Source of the DNA: Ferroglobus placidus DSM 10642
GTDB taxonomy: Archaea > Halobacteriota > Archaeoglobi > Archaeoglobales > Archaeoglobaceae
Direction of reading: 5' to 3'
Assembly: GCF_000025505.1 (NCBI RefSeq)
Contig: NC_013849.1
Span: 930,001 to 962,000, forward strand
Length of the DNA stretch: 32,000 nt
Part shown: positions 1 to 8,502 of the stretch, one piece after another
How positions within the stretch are numbered: the first letter of the stretch is position 1
Layout of the letters: each line of letters starts with the position of its first letter
Program-made: the position numbers and the translations under genes
The notes under the pieces: model-generated
Databases searched by the model: none
What the model was told of the DNA's origin: nothing
What the model saw: the letters and a program-made list of their open reading frames with translations, nothing else

Positions 1-973
1 GGTCGGCTCCGTAAATCCTTATTTCGAATACTGCTAAGTCTCCCTTCACAATCTCAGCCGATGGGTTCTTTCTGATAATCTCAATTACAGGCTTTCCAGC
101 CTCTTTCGGTCTAACTTTAACTACGTAGTCTCCCTTCGGAAGGACTTCGGCTCCTTTCTTCACTTCAGTATAGCTTGCTGCATCGTTCAGATCAAAGTCG
201 TTTGTAGCTCCTCCATAGCTTGCAGAAACTCTTATCGTGTAATCCGAAGGCTTGAGGTTTAAGCCGACGGTATCAAGCGAGAAGTCTTTGTATCCGGTTA
301 TGCTTTCAGTATACACAACATCTCCCGTCTTGAGATCAACGATCTTTACTGTAGCTTTGTCTGGAACATCTACCGTGAATTCGAGTTTGTCGCCATAGTC
401 GATAGCTAACACGAAGTTGTCGGTGTCAACATCGACTGATTTGAGGGTGACTTCAATCGTAGCCGGTTCGTCAGTTCTGTCGACGAAGGTTACTGTTGCG
501 CCAGTGTACTCGTAAGTTATTTCTTCAGTAGGTGTCGGTGTTGGTTGGGTTCCAGCTAACTGAACCACGACACTAGATTCTCCACTGATATCACTCACAC
601 TTTGTCCTAAAGGCTCATAAGTCCCGCTAAATGTATATGTACCCTCTGCTTGAGGGGCTTGTACTACGTACGTTATCGTAAAACCATCGGCGCTTATATC
701 AGTGACAGTGAATACCAATGTATTTCCACTCTGTTGTAATGTTATGTTGTCCGCTCCATTATAAGTCCAATTGACGAATGTGAAACCAGAAGGAACTGCT
801 TCATTTATCTGCATACCTACCGCAGAGACAGTAGACACCAATGTCACTGTCACAGTTCCATTTGGCTGAACAATGTCTGGGTCTATAGATCTAGTAACTG
901 TCTGTGCACTTGCAGTCACTGCCATTAATAGAACCGCCAATACGACTAATCCTACTTTCCATACCTTACCCAT
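1..973 (-). CDS. S-layer-like / exported surface protein, partial (continues past left edge)
   Basis: Missed by the ORF track because the stop is outside the window. ATG at 971-973 on the minus strand preceded by AAAAAGGAGGTAGAGAAAGT (strong RBS). Translation MGKVWKVGLVVLAVLLMAVTASAQ... (signal peptide) ...PSGFTFVNWTYNGADNITLQQSGNTLVFTV...VQLAGTQPTPTPTEE..., open to the window edge. Confidence 0.85.
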   Translation of the reverse strand, partial: MGKVWKVGLVVLAVLLMAVTASAQTVTRSIDPDIVQPNGTVTVTLVSTVSAVGMQINEAVPSGFTFVNWTYNGADNITLQQSGNTLVFTVTDISADGFTITYVVQAPQAEGTYTFSGTYEPLGQSVSDISGESSVVVQLAGTQPTPTPTEEITYEYTGATVTFVDRTDEPATIEVTLKSVDVDTDNFVLAIDYGDKLEFTVDVPDKATVKIVDLKTGDVVYTESITGYKDFSLDTVGLNLKPSDYTIRVSASYGGATNDFDLNDAASYTEVKKGAEVLPKGDYVVKVRPKEAGKPVIEIIRKNPSAEIVKGDLAVFEIRIYGAD

Positions 974-1138
974 ACTTTCTCTACCTCCTTTTTCACGCAC
1001 CTTTTCCTATCACGTCCTTATATATAAAACCTCCTCTTCTGATGGCGACGAGGGGGAGTTCGGCAATCTGCCAACTACCCCCGCCGCCACCAAGTATTTA
1101 TAAAAGCATAAGCATATTTAAAGTTTTTGTTCTTGTCT
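971..1138 (-). promoter_or_regulatory. Promoter / 5' leader of the surface protein gene; copy A of a duplicated upstream region, with TATA-like motifs at about 1019-1030 and 1096-1107
   Basis: AT-rich TTATATATAAAAC and TATTTATAAAAGC elements upstream of a GGAGGT RBS. Near identical to 6820-6980. Confidence 0.65.
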
Positions 1139-1242
1139 AAGAGTGAAAGGCAGAGCGTTAGAGTACAAAACTACGATTCTACGCTATAAGGGTTATTTTC
1201 TAATTTTTAAAATACTAACTAGTATTATAAAAAATAGAAAAT

Positions 1243-2766
1243 TTAATTTTGTAAATTAAAATACAAAAGCACAAGCTGGATTACATCTCCAAGTATTTCT
1301 TGCCTTACTGTTTGATCAGATGTAACAAAATAAGTAGATACAGCATTTATCACAGCATTAAGGACGTCTTGTCTTGTTGGGGAACTCGTTACCCAATCAA
1401 ATGCTAAGTTATATTTGCTGATTATTTGCTCTAAGGCATCATCAACACTATCTGGTATAGTTTCTCCTACAAAAACTTCTATAACTGTGTCCCCCCCGAT
1501 CGTCGTTGCAGAACCTCCCAATGTTTGATAAGTTCCAGAAAACACATACATTCCTTCAACAGAAGATGATTGAAGTATGTATGTTATCGTGAACCCATCT
1601 GCTGATGTTAAATCTGTCACCGTGAAAGTCAGTGTGTTTCCTGACTGCTGGAGATCTACATTGTCAGCTCCACTATAATTCCAGCTAATCAGTGTAAACC
1701 CAGAAGGAACATTCTCTACTATTTGCACTCCAATAGCTGAAACCGTAGACATTAGCGTTACTTGAAATGCCGAGTTTGGTTCGACCCAATCCGGGAGTAA
1801 CCTCATTACGCTTGCTCCCAAGGTTTGTGTGGATGTAGTAACAGTTAGCTGTTTTGAGGTTGTTGTTATAGAACCTTCGTTGTCAGTTACCGTTAAAGTT
1901 ACAACATATATTCCGGGTGCTGTGTAAGCATGAGTGACTACCATACCTGAAGCTGTTGAGCCATCTCCAAAGTCCCATTGATAATTTATTATATATCCAT
2001 CCGAATCGTAACTTAACGAAGCGTTAAATGTGACTGTTTGGTTCACCTCTGGAGAAGATGGATCAAATGTGAAGTAAGCTGTTGGAGGTTGATTCATTGG
2101 TATAACTCGCTCCCACATCATTAGATAGCTTCTTGGCGGAGAGATCTTATACGGCACTTCATCGTAACCTATAGAAATACCACTGTACCAATCCTTCCAA
2201 GGTGCTGAGGAATTCGTATCGATGAATACGTAAAACTCTGTATCGTTAATAACCACTGGTTGGTCGAAAAACACAGTTCTCCAACCAAATGATTCGTTAA
2301 ACACATCAATGTATCTGTAGCTGAATCCCGCAATATATTTTAGATTTGAGTCTAAAATGTATATGTTGAATGTCTGGTTTTCCAGCAATGTATCACAAAA
2401 CACTTGTGTATTGTTACAGTAATACCTACCATAAACTTTCACTCCAGTCAGATAGAATGGTGTGCTATCTACATTAAACCACACCGCAGCACCTCTCCCT
2501 GAAGTATTCGTGCTCTTACCAATTGACCAAGCTCCATCAAAACCACCCTCGTCGTACCCAATCTCCTGCGAATTGCTTAAAATATGTATCAACCATAGCG
2601 TATTGTTTTGCGGCGGAAACTGTAACCAGCTCGTTTCATAAAAAACACAATTCTCATCACATAGCGGTGTTTCTTGGGCTGTTGAGGGAAATATTACCAG
2701 TGTAGGTACTAAAATTGCTGCAAAAAAAGCCGTTAACAACATTCTAAGATTATTCACAACATTCAC
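1243..2766 (-). CDS. Secreted surface protein with PKD domain and a conserved C-terminal helical module
   Basis: 507 aa. Signal peptide MNVVNNLRMLLTAFFAAILVPTLVIFPSTAQ. PKD motif DSDGYIINYQWDFGDGSTASG..VTHAYTAPGIYVVTLTVTDNEG. Middle region resembles the 1-973 protein; C-terminus resembles the 3913-6822 protein. Confidence 0.85.
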   Translation of the reverse strand: MNVVNNLRMLLTAFFAAILVPTLVIFPSTAQETPLCDENCVFYETSWLQFPPQNNTLWLIHILSNSQEIGYDEGGFDGAWSIGKSTNTSGRGAAVWFNVDSTPFYLTGVKVYGRYYCNNTQVFCDTLLENQTFNIYILDSNLKYIAGFSYRYIDVFNESFGWRTVFFDQPVVINDTEFYVFIDTNSSAPWKDWYSGISIGYDEVPYKISPPRSYLMMWERVIPMNQPPTAYFTFDPSSPEVNQTVTFNASLSYDSDGYIINYQWDFGDGSTASGMVVTHAYTAPGIYVVTLTVTDNEGSITTTSKQLTVTTSTQTLGASVMRLLPDWVEPNSAFQVTLMSTVSAIGVQIVENVPSGFTLISWNYSGADNVDLQQSGNTLTFTVTDLTSADGFTITYILQSSSVEGMYVFSGTYQTLGGSATTIGGDTVIEVFVGETIPDSVDDALEQIISKYNLAFDWVTSSPTRQDVLNAVINAVSTYFVTSDQTVRQEILGDVIQLVLLYFNLQN

Positions 2767-2892
2767 CTCATTTTTAAATTCAGATCAATAATTCTTAAAA
2801 ATTTTTCGGAGATTATGAAAGAATCAAAAGCGTTTACTATGCAAAATGTTTCATCTTCATTAGAAAATTATGGTATGCTAAAATAGAATAGT

Positions 2893-3454
2893 CAAAATAA
2901 CTTTTCAGATTGTAAAATTCCGCGAAACTTTCCAGCCAACTTTGCACAGAATCGAAAGAACCTGTTGAAGAGAAATCTGTTCCAGAATCTCTTAATCCTT
3001 CTCTTCAGCGAGGAAAAGAATTCTTCTACTGCATTTCTTCTCCCGAAAGTCTCATGCTTTAATCTCCTTCTTTTCAGAGCCTATCTGTACCAGAATCCTC
3101 TGTCCAACAACATCCGGCTTATTTTTACAATAATTTCAGCACCTCTTTAAGAAAAATGTAAGCGTGAAAACTCGATCTACCCTTAGAAGCCCAGATGAAT
3201 AAACACTCCTTTATATCAACATCTATCGCACTTCAGACGAAGATTTGCCTGTTCATTAACTTCAGTTTCGTTTCGTCTATCGCAATTAGCCTTCTTTTCT
3301 TCTTTTCTGGAAGTTTTATGATCTTCTTAATTCTGTGATAGTAAATTCTGATTGATTCATGGCTTATTTTTTTGAACAAAGAGATGAATTTGCTCACCTT
3401 CCTTAAAGATAGACTATAGAAGTAAAGTAAGGCTAAGAGAATCTTTAATTCCAC
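2893..3454 (-). pseudogene. Decayed IS transposase (DDE type, resembles archaeal IS6-like / ISA0963-like transposases)
   Basis: Frame reads [47 protein letters not shown]...[55 protein letters not shown], then after a frameshift DRGFWYR*ALKRRRLKHETFGRRNAVEEFFSSLKRRIKRFWNRF. In-frame TGA and TAG plus a frameshift. Confidence 0.75.
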
Positions 3455-3912
3455 TTTCTTTCTGTTCTTCCGAAAGACTTTTTAGACTTTATTTCTTCAA
3501 TTGACCGCTAAATTAGGAGTTACAGAGATCATATTTTAATTTATTTATTTTTTAAGGTTATTTTTGACAGTCCTTGCTAAAATGTGTAGTATGAAGAATT
3601 ACACATAAGTCCAATTTTGAACAAAGAAGATGTTTTCTAGTAAGTGATTGTTATATGAGTAGAATAACCGAAGAATCACCACCGTAACTGAGATCTCCCT
3701 AGCCGCAACAAAGATTTTTGTTAAAATGCGTGCTATACACTGGAGATTTTGTCGAGTGTTAGAATAGAAAGAGGCGAATATCAAACAAACTCTAAAAACT
3801 ATTGTAAAACTATGAAATAACTCAACCATAGCATGAAGAACTCACAAACAAACAATTAAACTAGAAACATAAAGAAAATTACTAAATAAAAAATTTAAAA
3901 ATAAATAAAAAT

Positions 3913-6822
3913 TTAAAAGTGTAGGAAGTACTCTTGAACAAGCGTTATGATATCATTGACGATCTGTTGTTTCTCGCTTTCAGTGGTTGCTGGGTCAAAG
4001 TACTTGTTGACAGCACCAACAACTGCGTTGATAACGTCATCTTGTGTCGGAACCTGTGCTGGATCAAAGCTCGGGTTGTAGCTTGCTATAAGTGCCTCAA
4101 CGCTGTCATTCCAACCGTCATTGTCGCTATCTCCTGGAGCTACAGTAGTCACAACAGTTATCGCAATCGTATCTTGCAGTGTTGCGTTGTAGAATGCGGT
4201 TATGTTGAATGTGCCAGCTTCGGTGAACGTGTAGTTGATGCTTGCAACACCATTGGTTATTGTCGCTGTTCCAACCACCACATCGTTGATTAGGAATGTA
4301 ACATCCGCTCCATCCAAGTCGCTTGTGACGAGGTCGTTAACGTCGTAGAACGTTGCCGTTATCATTACAGTGTCGTTGACGAGCGGAGCAGTGTTGTTCA
4401 CCGTAACGACAACTTTCACAGCCGGTCCAGCAAACGTCAGCTGCTTTGTATCAGATATTCCATAGCTCGTGTTGTAGACCTTGAACGTGTAAACTCCCGG
4501 AGCGGTGAAGTTAGTTCCATTGAGAGTCCATACTGCCGCTCCGCTTGCATTTGTTGAGGCAGTTCCAATGAATATCACATTGCCGTCCGGGTTCTTTACG
4601 ACAAGCGTTAGATCGACATTCGAGTATTTAAGCGGCAGTCCTTCAGCTGTTGTCACCTGAGCTGTAACGTTTATATCGCTGGCAACGAACGGCAATGTCT
4701 GGTCGAACGTTAAAACAACTCCCTGCGGTGCTGTCGTGACGATCTTGACGGTCTTAACTATGTTGAAGTCAGTTACATTCAGCGTGAGGTTAGCCACTCC
4801 CGGCGTGGAGCTGTTGACGTAATACGTAAAGCTACCCTTTCCTCCGGTAATAGACACAACTATGCTGTCCGGGTGGTTCGTTCCGTTGTTCAGCAAACCG
4901 AGAGACGGGTTGTCCGTTGTAACTATCATCGTCGCATTAGTGGAGTTAACATTACCGTAAGCGTCAACGAGCGTCACATTAATAACTTCACTCGCTCCAA
5001 TCACAGCTGGCAGACCGATCGAATCTGGCTCTACGACAAAGTCTGCTACTTCTGCCGGGTCAACGTTTACCGGTGTGTCAGGAACAAGCGTTACCCACTG
5101 ACCGCTCTCATTCTTTATGCTGATGTTAACGTTAATAGACGTGCTTGCGTTTGTTGAATACAGCGTGGCAGAAACGTTACCGTTTGCATCGGTAGCGTTA
5201 ACGAAGAGCACCTTGGCGTTGTTCTCAAGCCACACTGCATCTCCAGCTGTGATGTTGAACTTAACCGGGAATTCAGCAGAGTTCGCAATTGGCTGCCCAG
5301 CGTGGTCGACTATCGTGAATTCGATCTTGTACCCTTCTCCAGCGGTTATCGTTGATGGAACAGCAGATGTGGCAGCTGTTTGAACTGCAGTTGTGTCTGG
5401 AGCTTGCTTGAGAGTTATGTTAGCATCACCATAGCGACCGTCCCAAGCGATACCAGAGTCAACTATAGCTCCTATCGTAGCAGTTCCACTGTTTGCTCCA
5501 GCAGTAACTGTAAACGTTGCAACTCCGCTGTTGTCTGTCGCGTTGGTTGATGTCGGAATGTCCAAACCAAGAGTTGTGAGTTCATCAATTGTGATGTTTA
5601 TTCCTTCCACCGGGATAGTGTTTCCTGCAGAGTCCTTAAGCGTGACGTAAACTGTCGTGGAGTCGGAGTTGTTGGCGTAAAGTACAGGTTTTTCGACTGC
5701 AACATCCAAGTGGTCGATTCTGTCGTAGAAACCAACCGTCTTAGTTGTGCTTGCAAGACCTCCACCGTAGACTTTAACAGTCACAAATGCCGTTGCATCA
5801 GCATTCGGAACGCTTATGTTAAATGCATCCACTCGGCTAGCGTTAACACTCGTTTTATTAAGTATCCCTGGCCCAGAGACGACAGAGATATAGCCGCTAA
5901 AACCTGATGTGTTAATGTTGCCAAATTCATCAACTGCAGCAACGTAGAGCGTTGCGTTTATGTAATCACTCACACCGTCCCATATCACGTTGTCGTCGCT
6001 GTCGTAAGGATTAGTTTCGAGAAATGCCCATTTTACAGCTGGTGCAGGATCAACATCGACCTGGCTGGTGTTAATAGCTGGTATCTCTACAGGGTCACCA
6101 ATCGTAATGTTTCCAGTTATATTGTATCCAGCATCTGTTGCTTTATGGAACTGAATTGTCCCACTCAAATTGTAAGTTCCCGCAGTGCTGTTGGAGTCAA
6201 TTACATCAAGAGTGACCCATCCAATTCCAAACGGAGTGAGGTTGAGGCTTGCATTTGCTACCTCATACCCTTCACCACTCGGTGCAGTTACATTTATGTA
6301 GATCGTGTAATCCCCAGCTTCGATATTTTGTGTGCCTCCCGCAAGCAGATCGTACGAGTTGCCATTAACGTCGTACAGAGTGACAGAATCAATTTTCCAG
6401 TAGCATACCGTGAAGTTCACATAATCATTAGTTAAATCGTGTGAAACATTGACCCAGTAGCAGCCAGCAGTTGATGCGTTAACCGCAAACCATGTTTCTG
6501 TAGTCAAATTAAGCATGATTGAAGTGCCACTGGTAGAGCTGTTATAAGCTGTGAGATCGGTCGAGACGTTAACAGTCACGTTGCCCATATTTGGACTTGT
6601 GACGTTGAATGTTATTGGGATATCACCATACCAGCCAGCGTTCACCACTGAAAAGTTAACTGGAGACACTATTGGTGTTCCTGCGAATGTTGGATTTGGT
6701 TCTATCGTTACAGTTAAACTGCTATTATTAAATATACTGCTGGGCTGTATTGCGTTCGCTGTAGCCATTGTAATTAATAGCGTCACTAAAACCGCTAATC
6801 CTACTTTCCATACCTTACCCAT
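3913..6822 (-). CDS. Large secreted surface protein with repeated Ig-like (Big_1/invasin-like) domains; calcium-loop-like C-terminal region
   Basis: About 969 aa from the ATG at 6822 (preceded by GGAGGT; the ORF track starts 9 codons earlier). Signal peptide MGKVWKVGLAVLVTLLITMATANA. Repeats such as DSAGNTIPVEGINITIDE...NATDNSGVATFTVTAG, DPAEVADFVVEPDSIGLPAVIGASEVINVTLVDAYGN. C-terminus DSDNDGWNDSVEALIASYNPSFDPAQVPTQDDVINAVVGAVNKYF. Confidence 0.85.
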   Translation of the reverse strand: MGKVWKVGLAVLVTLLITMATANAIQPSSIFNNSSLTVTIEPNPTFAGTPIVSPVNFSVVNAGWYGDIPITFNVTSPNMGNVTVNVSTDLTAYNSSTSGTSIMLNLTTETWFAVNASTAGCYWVNVSHDLTNDYVNFTVCYWKIDSVTLYDVNGNSYDLLAGGTQNIEAGDYTIYINVTAPSGEGYEVANASLNLTPFGIGWVTLDVIDSNSTAGTYNLSGTIQFHKATDAGYNITGNITIGDPVEIPAINTSQVDVDPAPAVKWAFLETNPYDSDDNVIWDGVSDYINATLYVAAVDEFGNINTSGFSGYISVVSGPGILNKTSVNASRVDAFNISVPNADATAFVTVKVYGGGLASTTKTVGFYDRIDHLDVAVEKPVLYANNSDSTTVYVTLKDSAGNTIPVEGINITIDELTTLGLDIPTSTNATDNSGVATFTVTAGANSGTATIGAIVDSGIAWDGRYGDANITLKQAPDTTAVQTAATSAVPSTITAGEGYKIEFTIVDHAGQPIANSAEFPVKFNITAGDAVWLENNAKVLFVNATDANGNVSATLYSTNASTSINVNISIKNESGQWVTLVPDTPVNVDPAEVADFVVEPDSIGLPAVIGASEVINVTLVDAYGNVNSTNATMIVTTDNPSLGLLNNGTNHPDSIVVSITGGKGSFTYYVNSSTPGVANLTLNVTDFNIVKTVKIVTTAPQGVVLTFDQTLPFVASDINVTAQVTTAEGLPLKYSNVDLTLVVKNPDGNVIFIGTASTNASGAAVWTLNGTNFTAPGVYTFKVYNTSYGISDTKQLTFAGPAVKVVVTVNNTAPLVNDTVMITATFYDVNDLVTSDLDGADVTFLINDVVVGTATITNGVASINYTFTEAGTFNITAFYNATLQDTIAITVVTTVAPGDSDNDGWNDSVEALIASYNPSFDPAQVPTQDDVINAVVGAVNKYFDPATTESEKQQIVNDIITLVQEYFLHF

Positions 6823-6980
6823 ACTTTCTCTACCTCCTTTCTCACGCATCCCTTACCTTCTCCTATATAAAAACTCCTCTTCTGATGGCGACGAGGGCGA
6901 GTTCGGCAATCTACCAACTACCCCCGCCGCCACCAAGTATTTATAAAAGCATAAGCATATTTAAAGTTTTTGTTCTTGTT
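6820..6980 (-). promoter_or_regulatory. Promoter / 5' leader of the 969-aa surface protein; copy B of the duplicated upstream region, TATA-like motifs at about 6863-6873 and 6938-6950
   Basis: Near-identical block GGCGACGAGGG.GAGTTCGGCAATCT.CCAACTACCCCCGCCGCCACCAAGTATTTATAAAAGCATAAGCATATTTAAAGTTTTTGTTCTTGT shared with 971-1138. Confidence 0.65.
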
Positions 6981-7362
6981 GGATTGGAAAAAGGAGATAC
7001 GTTCGCTTTCGGTTTTTAATTCTACGCTGTAGAAGTTATTTTTGAGAGTTAAAAATACAAAGAAATTATAATACACAATAAGAGGTCGTGAAGAGAGGAA
7101 AAGTTCTTTCGGTGTAGAATTATAGAGAACTGGAAGAGACTGCTCGATTCGATTCTTGACTATCCAGATCTTCTTGATCAGGCGATTCGACAGAGTTGCT
7201 TTTCCGATGACGTGTTGAAACGGGAGGTTTTAAATACAAACAAAAGGAAGATTCGAGAGATGCGAAAGCTTAGAAAGTGTATCTGATGAATTTCTAAAAA
7301 TGCAAAAAGGGATTAGGAAGGGCTGGAAATCCTGAAGGTTACGACGAGAGCGTGTTCGAAAC

Positions 7363-7452
7363 GTGGAATGGACGGTAAAGTTCCACAAAGAGGCTAAGAA
7401 GTTTCTAAAAAGGCTTGACGAGGATATTATGAGGCTTCTGGAGTGCTGGTAA
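7363..7452 (+). pseudogene. Possible RelE/ParE-type toxin N-terminal remnant
   Basis: 30-codon remnant VEWTVKFHKEAKKFLKRLDEDIMRLLECW* resembles the N-terminus of RelE-superfamily toxins. Too short to be intact. Confidence 0.35.
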
Positions 7453-7804
7453 ATTTTACAGGAGCGTTGTAGAGGTTCCAGAGGAGGAACTCGACAAGGT
7501 CATAGAGGTTCTCAAGAGAAACAAGTGTGATGTCCAAATAGTCGAGCCTGTTAAAGACGATATCGAGGTTAAAGTTCTGAAGGATCTTCTGAGGAAAATC
7601 GAAGCCGTCAGACTCGGTATTGCCGACCCCAAAGAGCTCGAAACGTTCGCTGTTGAAACAATCAAAAAGCTCAGCCTCGAAAATCTAAGCGACGAAGTTG
7701 CTGAGCTTATCCACGACAGTATAGATTTCGCAGAGAATCCTACGATAAGCGACCTGAACGAAATAGAGAGAAGGACGAAGGAACTTCTCAGAAAGTTACT
7801 CTGA
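7433..7804 (+). pseudogene. Start-less coding relic of unknown family
   Basis: Stop-to-stop frame with no ATG/GTG/TTG: FWSAGKFYRSVVEVPEEELDKVIEVLKRNKCDVQIVEPVKDDIEVKVLKDLLRKIEAVRLGIADPKELETFAVETIKKLSLENLSDEVAELIHDSIDFAENPTISDLNEIERRTKELLRKLL*. Protein-like composition; opposite to the spurious 7456-7857 minus ORF. Confidence 0.5.
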
Positions 7805-7853
7805 GTCGATTGTTGCTTCCCAAAATTTGCTTTCTCCAGTGATCTCCACACTA

Positions 7854-8270
7854 TCACTCTGTAACCCTTCTCACGTCAAGCTTGTCGAAATCACTATCGA
7901 ACGAATATATCTCCCCAACGCTGTTTTTCTTCATTATCACGTAAGCGATCGCATCGCTCAATCCAACATCTTTCTCCTTGGCTATCTTCACAGCTTTCAA
8001 ACAATCTTTCTTCGTAACATCAAAAACCTTCACGTTTCCAGCTAATAGGAGAAACTCCTCAACCTTCAGAGCATCGCTAAGAGGTAAATAACTCTCCAAC
8101 AAGTTCGCTATCTCAGCTATCTGCACGACGGTTATACCTACTTCCTCACCATCGTTGATTCTCTTCACAATCTCTTTGGCAGATTCTTTTATTTTTACCT
8201 CGTGAGGTTTCAGTTCTCTTTTCGGCTTAATAAATGCGTGAACGAAAACGCTTGCGTCAACGAACCTCAA
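7854..8270 (-). CDS. vapC: PIN-domain protein, VapC-like toxin
   Basis: 138 aa. MRFVDASVFVHAFIKP...(N-terminal Asp), ...VGLSDAIAYVIMKKNSVGEIYSFDSDFDKL.. matches the PIN acidic-residue pattern. Overlaps the AbrB-like gene upstream. Confidence 0.8.
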   Translation of the reverse strand: MRFVDASVFVHAFIKPKRELKPHEVKIKESAKEIVKRINDGEEVGITVVQIAEIANLLESYLPLSDALKVEEFLLLAGNVKVFDVTKKDCLKAVKIAKEKDVGLSDAIAYVIMKKNSVGEIYSFDSDFDKLDVRRVTE

Positions 8271-8502
8271 GTAGCTCCCTCCTCACGGATTTCCAGTCGG
8301 ATATATCGGACTTAATATCGACCTCGATCTTATCGAAGAATTCCGTTAGATCCGCCAACTTGTACGGCTTTATTATGATAGTGTCGTCCTCCACTTTCAG
8401 AATTACTTTCCCCTTTTTAGCGTATTTTTCCCTCCATTCCTTCGGCAATACCAACCTACCCTGTTTATCCAAATCTTTAATTATTTCCACATCAGATACC
8501 AT
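8257..8502 (-). CDS. vapB: AbrB/SpoVT-like antitoxin, VapB-like (ORF track extends to 8541)
   Basis: MVSDVEIIKDLDKQGRLVLPKEWREKYAKKGKVILKVEDDTIIIKPYK is a classic swapped-hairpin AbrB motif. Overlaps the PIN gene by 14 nt. Confidence 0.8.
   Translation of the reverse strand: MVSDVEIIKDLDKQGRLVLPKEWREKYAKKGKVILKVEDDTIIIKPYKLADLTEFFDKIEVDIKSDISDWKSVRRELLEVR

Noticed and set aside
3599-3829. 76-aa minus-strand ORF between the transposase relic and the large surface gene
   Set aside because: AT-rich intergenic sequence, no motifs or start context; not supported as a gene.
3934-4293. 119-aa plus-strand ORF and other plus-strand ORFs inside 3913-6822 (4873-5157, 5117-5383, 5710-5907, 6145-6435, 6551-6946)
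   Set aside because: Antisense shadows of the intact 969-aa surface protein; Cys/Ser-rich low-plausibility sequences without RBS or family signatures.
4200-6700. Repeated Ig-like domains of the large surface protein considered as a phase-variable DNA repeat
   Set aside because: The repeats are diverged at the nucleotide level (domain-level similarity only), with no short tandem repeat tract that would support slippage.
7456-7857. 133-aa minus-strand ORF rich in Ser/Leu
   Set aside because: Serine/leucine/phenylalanine-rich reverse complement of the better protein-like frame on the plus strand (7433-7804).
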